Assembly: GCA_012522085.1 (NCBI GenBank)
Contig: JAAYLE010000146.1
Location: 1 to 63,655 of the forward strand
From: Bacillota bacterium
Lineage (GTDB): Bacteria > Bacillota > Limnochordia > JAAZLZ01
DNA: 63,655 nucleotides
Direction: 5' to 3'
Position numbers and translations under genes: made by a program. The number at the start of each line of letters is the position of its first letter. Position 1 is the first letter of the stretch. Below the pieces are notes generated by a model. It was given only the letters and a program-made list of their open reading frames with translations, made no database searches and was not told where the DNA came from. Shown one piece after another: positions 56,967-63,655 of the stretch.

Positions 56967-58446
56967 TGCGCTTCCTTCCTCTCAATGCCCGGGCAGCTTC
57001 TTCCCGGTCGTCAAAGTGGATGACCCGATCCTTAAAGATCTGATAATTCTCATGGCCTTTACCGGCGACGAGCACTACATCCCCAGGCTGGGCCATATCG
57101 ATCGCCAGGTTGATGGCCTGACGGCGGTCCACCTCCAGCAGGTATTCGCCACTCCCGCGGCGAACCCCCTCTTCCACCTGCCGACAAATGGCCATGGGGT
57201 CCTCTCCGCGAGGATTGTCAGAAGTAATGATGCTAAAATCCCCATAACGGGCGGCAATCTCGCCCATGATCGGCCTTTTGCTTCGGTCCCGGTCGCCGCC
57301 GCAGCCGAAAACGAGGATGATCCGACCCCGGGTCAAGGCGCGTGCTGCCTGGAGCACGTTTTCCAAGCCGTCGGGGGTGTGGGCATAATCGATGATGACG
57401 GCAAAATCCTGCCCCAAGTCAACGGTCTCAAACCGCCCCGGCACTCCCCGCACTCCTTCGAGACCCACCTTGAGCTCTCCGGGGGGGATGCCTAATTGCC
57501 AGCCGCAAGCCAAGGCGGCAAGACAATTATAAACATTGAACAGACCCGTCAACCTGGACGAAATCGCTATCTTCCCCCCAGGATAGCGCAAATTGAAGGC
57601 TAACCCCTGGGACTCGATCTTAACGGCCTCGGCCATGAAGGTCGCGGGAGCATAGATCCCGTAGGAGACGACATCGACCGAGAGAGTATCGCCGATCCTT
57701 CGCCCGTGCTCGTCATCACCGTTGATGATGGCGGCCGGGGCACGTTTTTTCTTCGGTCCAGATTCCCGGCCCAGCTCGGTGAAGAACCTAGTTTTGGCTT
57801 CCAAGTACTTGGCGAAGGTGCCGTGGAAATCCAAGTGATCCTGGGTGATGTTGGTTAGCACCCCCAGATCAAAAGGGCAGCCGACGATGCGACCAAGCTC
57901 GATCCCATGGGAGGAGACCTCCATGACCACCCACTCGACCCCATCGTCATACATGCTGGCCAAGAGCCGTTGCAGGTCCAGGGATTCTGGCGTTGTGCGC
58001 GTTGCTGCGAGGACTTCACTCCCGATCATGTTCTGGATCGTCCCGACTAAACCGACCTTGTATCCTGCCGCTTCCAGGATGCTCTTGACGAGATAGCTGG
58101 TGGTGGTCTTGCCATTGGTCCCGGTGATGCCGATCAACCCCATTCTTGAGGCGGGATAATCGAAGAAGCGGGCCGAGATCAGTCCTAAGGCCCGGCGACT
58201 GTCCTCAACTAAAGCCCCCGGGACTCCCTCGGGAAGGCCGCGCTGACCAACAATTCCAACGGCGCCCCTCTCCAAGGCATCCCGAATGAAATCATGGCCG
58301 TCGAAACGTTCACCTGTAATACAGACAAAAACATCCCCTGCCCTCACCTGGCGGGAATCGTAGGCTATCCCCGCAACCGAAGCGTCGGGGCCGACAAGAC
58401 GAGCGCCAGGAACATCCCGAAGGAGGTCTCGAAATGAGATGGCCAT
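56953..58446 (-). CDS. murE: UDP-MurNAc-L-Ala-D-Glu--2,6-diaminopimelate ligase MurE
   Basis: ITGTNGKTTTSYL, and the DNPR motif (ITSDNPRGEDP) that indicates meso-DAP specificity. Confidence 0.93.
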   Translation of the reverse strand: MAISFRDLLRDVPGARLVGPDASVAGIAYDSRQVRAGDVFVCITGERFDGHDFIRDALERGAVGIVGQRGLPEGVPGALVEDSRRALGLISARFFDYPASRMGLIGITGTNGKTTTSYLVKSILEAAGYKVGLVGTIQNMIGSEVLAATRTTPESLDLQRLLASMYDDGVEWVVMEVSSHGIELGRIVGCPFDLGVLTNITQDHLDFHGTFAKYLEAKTRFFTELGRESGPKKKRAPAAIINGDDEHGRRIGDTLSVDVVSYGIYAPATFMAEAVKIESQGLAFNLRYPGGKIAISSRLTGLFNVYNCLAALACGWQLGIPPGELKVGLEGVRGVPGRFETVDLGQDFAVIIDYAHTPDGLENVLQAARALTRGRIILVFGCGGDRDRSKRPIMGEIAARYGDFSIITSDNPRGEDPMAICRQVEEGVRRGSGEYLLEVDRRQAINLAIDMAQPGDVVLVAGKGHENYQIFKDRVIHFDDREEAARALRGRKRIGKA

Positions 58447-58501
58447 ACATCATCACCCACATATAGCATTACCTGGTTGCTGCTAAAAAAACCAGGTCAG
58501 C

Positions 58502-60466
58502 CTATTCCAACCAAACGGTCACGGTGCCCTTGCCGGAAAGGAGGGTTCCTGGAGCCGGCTCTTGTTTGACCACAAATCCGCTTCCCTTAATATCTATGGC
58601 GAGGCCAAGACTGCCTAGAACACCAACGGCATCCCGCAAGGTCAACCCTTTCAGGGAAGGCACCACTACTTCCTCCCCATTGTATTCGCCTGCTACGATG
58701 GCGACTTCCTCCCTGGACTTGGCTGCTGAAGCAGGTTTTCCCCGTTCTCTCCCAATGGTCCCCCGGGGCGAGGCGCCGAGATACTTGAGCATGTCCCCAA
58801 CGGCCCGAGAAAACACCGGACCGGCGAGGGTGCTCCCATAGCGAATTTCGGTTTGTGGTTCATACAAGACCACAAGGGCCGCCAGCCGCGGCTCATCAAA
58901 GGGCGCGTAGCCCACAAATGAGGCGATCCTTTCCGAACCGTATCCTCCCCGGGGCGAAGGTACTTCAGCAGTCCCCGTCTTGCCGGCAACAGGGTATCCG
59001 GGGATGTCGGCCATCCTGCCTGAGCCATCGGCGACAACACTCCGCAACAGCCGGTTCACTTCGGCGGCTGTCTCGGGGGAGATCACCTGGCGGATAGGCT
59101 CAGGGCCCCTTTCTTCCACCACCTTGCCCTGGTTGTTCAAGACCTGACGAACCAAGTACGGACGCATAAGCAGGCCCCCATTGGCGATGGCCGCGGTTGC
59201 CGTCAAGAGCTGGAGGGGAGTGACGGCGATCCCCTGGCCGAAACCGATGGTGGCCCAACGGGCCCTCTCGCCCCATCGAGAGGGGTTGGGGGCAGGCAAG
59301 AGCCCGCTCGCCTCACCTGGGAAATCGATGCCCAGACGACTGCCGAAGCCAAAGGCGCTCAAGTAGCGATACATCCTTTGGGGACCCAGTTTGTCGACGG
59401 CAATCTGGGCAAAGACAGGGTTGCAGGAGTTTCCCAAGGCCTCTTGGAAGGTCTGCTTCCCGTGGCCGCTAGGACGCCAGCAGCGGACGGTGATGCCACC
59501 GATGCGGATTTGGCCTGGATCATCAACGGGCATATCCGCGGTCACTAGGCCTTCTTCCAAGGCGGCGGCGGTGACGAAGATCTTCATGGTGGAGCCCGGC
59601 TCATATTGATCAACACAGGCGACGCAACGCCGCACTTCCTTGCCGTAATCCCAGTAGTGGTTGGGATCGAAAAAGGGATATACAGCTAAGGCGAGGACCT
59701 CGCCTGTCTTCGGGTCCATCACCAGGAGGACCCCTCGTCGAGAACCAGTCTCTTCGACGGCGCGAGCCAGTTCCCGCTCGGCGATGTATTGGATCACTTT
59801 GTCGATGGTCAAAACAACGCTCTCCCCATCTTGGGGAGAGACGTTTCGCTGCACACCTCCCGGTATGTAGCGGCCAACAGCATCGGTCTCCACCAGGGCC
59901 CTACCGGCGACGCCAGCCAGCAGGGGATCTAACGCATATTCCAGCCCCTCGAGTCCCTGATTGTCCACACCGACGATGCCAAGGAGATGGGCAGCCAGCT
60001 TGCCATTGGGATAAATTCGATGGGGCCTTTGCACCAGGCGGATGCCGTCCAGATTCATTTCTTCAATTGCCCGGGCCGTCTTCCCGTCCAAACCGCGGGC
60101 CACCCAAGTCCTAACGCCCGGACGCGCCAGCAGCCGTTTCAGTTCCGTTTTGTCCCGGTCTAACACCTGAGCAAGCCCTTCGGCTGTCTTTTCCGGATCT
60201 TTGATCTCCATCAAGTGGGCTTCGATGGCCGTCGAGGAGACGGTGACTGCCAATTCGTTCATATTCCGATCATAGATCGTCCCCCGATGGGCATCGACGG
60301 GCACGCTCCGCAGCCGCTGACCCAAAGCTTTGTCGTGAAAGGCGTCGGTCCGGTAAATCTGGAGATAAAACAGGCGAGCGATAACGAGGACGACCGCCAA
60401 GCAGAGAAAGACGCCAAGGCAAGCAATCCTCCGGCGCACCACCGGGGAAGTAATTGACTTCACCAT
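58502..60466 (-). CDS. Class B penicillin-binding protein (PBP2B/SpoVD-type) with C-terminal PASTA domain
   Basis: Dimerisation domain, transpeptidase motifs STMK, SCN (GNSCNP) and KTGT (AGKTGTA), and one PASTA repeat at the C-terminus. Confidence 0.9.
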   Translation of the reverse strand: MVKSITSPVVRRRIACLGVFLCLAVVLVIARLFYLQIYRTDAFHDKALGQRLRSVPVDAHRGTIYDRNMNELAVTVSSTAIEAHLMEIKDPEKTAEGLAQVLDRDKTELKRLLARPGVRTWVARGLDGKTARAIEEMNLDGIRLVQRPHRIYPNGKLAAHLLGIVGVDNQGLEGLEYALDPLLAGVAGRALVETDAVGRYIPGGVQRNVSPQDGESVVLTIDKVIQYIAERELARAVEETGSRRGVLLVMDPKTGEVLALAVYPFFDPNHYWDYGKEVRRCVACVDQYEPGSTMKIFVTAAALEEGLVTADMPVDDPGQIRIGGITVRCWRPSGHGKQTFQEALGNSCNPVFAQIAVDKLGPQRMYRYLSAFGFGSRLGIDFPGEASGLLPAPNPSRWGERARWATIGFGQGIAVTPLQLLTATAAIANGGLLMRPYLVRQVLNNQGKVVEERGPEPIRQVISPETAAEVNRLLRSVVADGSGRMADIPGYPVAGKTGTAEVPSPRGGYGSERIASFVGYAPFDEPRLAALVVLYEPQTEIRYGSTLAGPVFSRAVGDMLKYLGASPRGTIGRERGKPASAAKSREEVAIVAGEYNGEEVVVPSLKGLTLRDAVGVLGSLGLAIDIKGSGFVVKQEPAPGTLLSGKGTVTVWLE

Positions 60467-60475
60467 GGCAACCCC

Positions 60476-60961
60476 CTAGAACCTGCCCATTCGTCCGGCT
60501 TCTACCTGGCCGCCAGGCAGGAACCATCCGGCCAGCCAAGAGGAAACGTTCGCCAGCAGGGTCTCGGTCGGAGTTGGCGGCTGTTGTTGTTGAGGAGAGA
60601 CACCCTCCGGCTTTCTCCCGGTATCAAGAACAATATACTCGTATGAATCCGGTTTGATCATGCCCAGCTCAGTCGTCGCCATCCTCTCCACGTACTCAAG
60701 GGAGCCAACCCGCAAGAGCTCCACCTGCAGATGCTGGTGCTGGGACTCAGCCTGGGCCAATGACTGTCTGGTCGCTTCCAGCTGGTAGCTCAATTCCACG
60801 ATGGTCATATGCAAGGCTATCTGACCCAAGGCAACGGCTACCGTCAGTATCACGAAGAAGCTCGTCAAGACCACAGGATTGACCACATATTTCCCCTTCT
60901 TGGGCTGTCGCGATGGACTGGGCTCTTGATAGACTTCCAGCTTCCGGACAGTCGCCGTCAT
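60476..60961 (-). CDS. ftsL: Cell division protein FtsL-like
   Basis: Single TM plus coiled coil (LEATRQSLAQAESQHQHLQVEL). Position is between rsmH and pbp. Has a Q/P-rich tail. Confidence 0.7.
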   Translation of the reverse strand: MTATVRKLEVYQEPSPSRQPKKGKYVVNPVVLTSFFVILTVAVALGQIALHMTIVELSYQLEATRQSLAQAESQHQHLQVELLRVGSLEYVERMATTELGMIKPDSYEYIVLDTGRKPEGVSPQQQQPPTPTETLLANVSSWLAGWFLPGGQVEAGRMGRF

Positions 60962-60967
60962 CTCCGC

Positions 60968-61912
60968 TCACTTCCTTCCCAACTTCTCAGCGCCCCTCAG
61001 CTTGGCGCTGCGCGCCCTAGGATTCACCTCTATCTCCTCCTGCTTCGGAACCAAAGGCCGAGGGGTGATAACCCGCACTTTGGGCTCCTGGCTGCAAACG
61101 CAAACGGGAGCTTCCGGGGGACAGACGCAAGATTGGGCCAGTTCCCGGAAGGTCTTCTTGACAATCCGATCCTCCAGCGAATGGAAGGAAATAACCACGA
61201 TCCGGCCACCGGTCGTTAACCGATCCACTGCCTGCCGGAGGGCGTTTTCGATTCCCCCCAGCTCATCGTTGACCGCGATGCGCAGGGCTTGAAAGGTTCT
61301 CTTAGCAGGATGGGGCCCCCGTCGACGGGCGGCGGCTGGGATTGCTTCCTTGACGACATCAACTAATTGAAAAGTGGTGACGAAGGGTTCTCTCTGCCGG
61401 GCAGCCACGATCGAGGCGGCAATTCGGTCTGCCCATCTCTCTTCTCCGTAACGACTGATAATGTGCCTGAGCTCCATCTCCGAAGCCGTATTCAACAGTT
61501 CAGCGGCGGTTCGGGGCACGGACGGATCCATCCGCATATCTAAAGGAGCATTATGCATGTAGCTAAAGCCCCTTTGCGGCAAGTCTACTTGGTGGGACGA
61601 GATGCCAAGATCAAACAGGAAGCCATCAACTTCCTCCACGCCTAGATCCGAGAGGACTCCCTGAAGGCCAAAGAAGTTGGCTTTGACCAGGGTAACCTGA
61701 TCGGCAAATTCCTGGAGGCTTTCCTGGGAAGCAGCGATGGCCGCCGGGTCCCGGTCGATGCCGATCAGCCGACCTCGGGGTCCGATTTGCTCTAGGATAA
61801 GGCGGGCATGGCCGCCTCCGCCCACCGTACAGTCCACATAAGTCCCCCCGGGCCGGCAGGCTAGGACCTCCAAGACTTCTCTGGGCATCACTGGAACATG
61901 ATAATAACTCAA
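60968..61912 (-). CDS. rsmH: 16S rRNA (cytosine1402-N4)-methyltransferase RsmH
   Basis: HVPVMPREVLE, YVDCTVGGGGHA, FDLGISSHQVD, SFHSLEDRIVK. TTG start. Confidence 0.96.
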   Translation of the reverse strand: MSYYHVPVMPREVLEVLACRPGGTYVDCTVGGGGHARLILEQIGPRGRLIGIDRDPAAIAASQESLQEFADQVTLVKANFFGLQGVLSDLGVEEVDGFLFDLGISSHQVDLPQRGFSYMHNAPLDMRMDPSVPRTAAELLNTASEMELRHIISRYGEERWADRIAASIVAARQREPFVTTFQLVDVVKEAIPAAARRRGPHPAKRTFQALRIAVNDELGGIENALRQAVDRLTTGGRIVVISFHSLEDRIVKKTFRELAQSCVCPPEAPVCVCSQEPKVRVITPRPLVPKQEEIEVNPRARSAKLRGAEKLGRK

Positions 61913-61933
61913 ACCGCATCCCCCAATTGGGCC

Positions 61934-62365
61934 TTAAATGCCCAGCTCGACGATTTTCTCCGCGATTTCTTCATAGGAGGCGGTAGCCTTGTCCATGTAC
62001 TCATCCCACAATTCCTTGCTCCACAGCTCCACTCGATTAGCAACACCGATGACCACCACATCTTTGGTCATCTGAGCATACTCGCGAAGGTTGTTCGGCA
62101 GCATTATCCGCCCCTGTTTGTCCAGCTCACACTCACTAGCTCCGGAAAAGAAAAACCGGACAAACGAGCGGGCATCGCTCTTTGTTAAGGGGAGCTCCTT
62201 GAGTTTGTTCTCTAGGGTTTCCCATTCCTTCAGCGGGTAGGCAAACAGACACCCATCCAAACCCCGAGTAACGATGAATCGCTCACCTAGTCCAGCTCGG
62301 AATTTGGCTGGAATGATCAGCCGTCCTTTATTATCCAGGGTGTGCTGATACTCCCCCATGAACAT
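61934..62365 (-). CDS. mraZ: Transcriptional regulator MraZ
   Basis: [23 protein letters not shown] plus a second DKQGRIMLP repeat. Start is ATG 62365 (the track start 62485 is an upstream extension). Confidence 0.95.
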   Translation of the reverse strand: MFMGEYQHTLDNKGRLIIPAKFRAGLGERFIVTRGLDGCLFAYPLKEWETLENKLKELPLTKSDARSFVRFFFSGASECELDKQGRIMLPNNLREYAQMTKDVVVIGVANRVELWSKELWDEYMDKATASYEEIAEKIVELGI

Positions 62366-62384
62366 GGGCCTAGACTCCCCCGCA

Positions 62385-62422
62385 CCACAATCTCCACCAC
62401 TTCGCGCCACTTTCCCCCACTT
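62385..62422 (-). promoter_or_regulatory. Putative MraZ operator: tandem (A)AGTGG boxes with 10-bp phasing
   Basis: Minus strand reads AAGTGGGGGA AAGTGGCGCG AAGTGGTGGA. CCACTT occurs on the plus strand at 62397, 62407 and 62417. A degenerate fourth box TTGTGG lies at 62385-62390. The array ends 20-32 nt upstream of the mraZ ATG. Confidence 0.6.
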
Positions 62423-62483
62423 AGTAGTTAATGTTTTCGTGGTCTCCCCCCCGATTCCTCCTCGGCAACGAATTATTTCTGAC

Positions 62484-62508
62484 AAAAAAAGGCGGACCCG
62501 CGTCCGCC
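62484..62508 (-). terminator. Rho-independent terminator after the small Cys-rich ORF
   Basis: GGCGGAC-CCGC-GTCCGCC (62491-62508) followed on the minus strand by T7 (62484-62490). Confidence 0.8.
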
Positions 62509-62675
62509 TAGGTCTGATCTAGATTGGTCAGCTGCAGCTCGAAAATGTCCAGCTCACATTTCAGTTCATCGCCCTTCCAGTAGTTGCAGTTGCTGCAGCT
62601 AGGGGGGCCCTCATCCATCGGCCAATACTCAGTGCAAGTCTCACCCACCGCTCGCATCTGTTCCTCGCTCGGCAT
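62508..62675 (-). CDS. Small Cys-containing hypothetical protein (55 aa)
   Basis: Start is ATG 62675, 7 nt after AAGGAGG. Sequence: [55 protein letters not shown]. Has a dedicated strong terminator. Confidence 0.5.
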   Translation of the reverse strand: MPSEEQMRAVGETCTEYWPMDEGPPSCSNCNYWKGDELKCELDIFELQLTNLDQT

Positions 62676-62768
62676 CGCGCAACCTCCTTTATTCATGTGG
62701 CAACTGTCGACCTTCCTAAATATACTGGTATGGTTCCTTCTAACCAGGAAGAAAGAGGAGGCATCGAT

Positions 62769-63655
62769 ATGAGTCGACTAGTCTGGACCCTATTGATTTG
62801 TTTAGCTGCGTTTAGTTTGACAGTCTCGGCTGCCCCATTCCCCGCTAAACCCATCACCTATATTATTTGCTTTGATCCCGGGGGACAGTCAGATCTAGAA
62901 GCCCGGCGACAACAGCCTCTGCTGGAAGAGATTCTCGGCACACCCGTGCTCGTCCAGTACAAGATCGGAGGCGGCGGTTCATTGGGCTGGGCTGAACTGG
63001 CCAATAGTCCTCCCGATGGCCACACCATAGCCGGGATCAACATCCCCCACATCATCCTCCAGCCCCTTTTGCGGGGCGATGCCGGCTACTCCACTGATTC
63101 CATCATCCCGGTAGCCCTTTTTCAGGCCACCCCCATCGGATTGGCCGTCGCCAAAGACAGTCCATGGCAGACCCTCGATGACTTCATCGCTTACGCCAAG
63201 GCCAATCCAGGAAAGGTCACCGTGGGCGGATCGGGCACTTACTCCGGCCACCACCTGGCCCACCTCCAGTTGGAAAAGCTGACGGATACTAAGCTTAGCT
63301 ATGTTCCTTTCACCGGCGCTGCACCCCAGGTTGCTGCCTTCTTGGGAGGACACGTCGCCGCGATGCTGGCCAATTCCAATGACCTGGTGCTCCACCAGGA
63401 TAAACTGCGCGTTCTGGCCTTTGGCTCACGGGAAAGGTTCCCTTTGCTTCCCGATGTACCCACCTTCCTAGAGCTGGGTCTGGATATGGTCCCGAGCATC
63501 GACCGGGGCGTCGGCGTGCCCAAGGGCACTCCTCCAGAACGGATCGCCGTCTTGGAAGAGGCTTTCTTAGCCATCATGGAGCAGCCGGACATCCAGGAAG
63601 CCATGATTGACCAAGGTTTTGTCCCCTTGAGGATGTCGGGAGAGGAATCCCAGCG
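62769..63655 (+). CDS. tctC: Tripartite tricarboxylate transporter substrate-binding protein (TctC/Bug family), 3'-truncated by the window end
   Basis: Absent from the ORF track because it is truncated. ATG 62769 follows a GAGGAGG SD. Signal peptide MSRLVWTLLICLAAFSLTVSAA, then KPITYIICFDPGGQSD...GGGGSLGW...YVPFTGAAP..., typical of TctC. Confidence 0.8.
   Translation, partial: MSRLVWTLLICLAAFSLTVSAAPFPAKPITYIICFDPGGQSDLEARRQQPLLEEILGTPVLVQYKIGGGGSLGWAELANSPPDGHTIAGINIPHIILQPLLRGDAGYSTDSIIPVALFQATPIGLAVAKDSPWQTLDDFIAYAKANPGKVTVGGSGTYSGHHLAHLQLEKLTDTKLSYVPFTGAAPQVAAFLGGHVAAMLANSNDLVLHQDKLRVLAFGSRERFPLLPDVPTFLELGLDMVPSIDRGVGVPKGTPPERIAVLEEAFLAIMEQPDIQEAMIDQGFVPLRMSGEESQ

Overview
Chromosomal window from a GC-rich, endospore-forming Firmicute with Clostridia/Bacillus-like gene order. 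I call 61 protein genes (2 cut by the window edges) and 1 tRNA. All but five genes are on the minus strand, packed tightly with many ATGA/TGA-ATG overlaps. No rRNA, CRISPR array, IS element, integrase or prophage gene was seen. Right to left on the minus strand: (1) a dcw cell-wall/division cluster, mraZ-rsmH-ftsL-pbp-murE-murF-mraY-ftsW-murG-murC-murA-ftsQ-ftsZ, with no murD and no ftsA; (2) the sporulation sigma locus, where spoIIGA-sigE is inverted relative to ftsZ and sigG; (3) spoIIR, ylmC, nrdR, pgeF, ftsK/spoIIIE, rodZ, a UPF0182 protein and spoIIP; (4) the only accessory-looking segment, about 24.7-36.0 kb, holding a P1B metal ATPase, two paralogous SNF2(RapA-like)+partner modules in convergent orientation around an MrfA-type DExH/DUF1998 helicase, and a second murC paralog overlapping the first helicase gene; (5) tRNA-Ala(CGC), csp, rimO, a short FtsH-like protease pair, and cinA-phosphoesterase-thpR-recA-recX-rny-ymdB-spoVS; (6) a dipeptidase and a split spoVA locus (spoVAA-AB ... 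spoVAF-lysA); (7) cca, an M50 protease, trpS, scpA/B, ytfI/J and a truncated FAD oxidoreductase. The best candidate for an undescribed system is the three-helicase locus at 26841-34607, which sits at the window centre. All calls come from reading the ORF translations and the DNA by eye. Start codons were adjusted only where I could see a Shine-Dalgarno sequence. No database search was run, so family names rest on recognised motifs and synteny.
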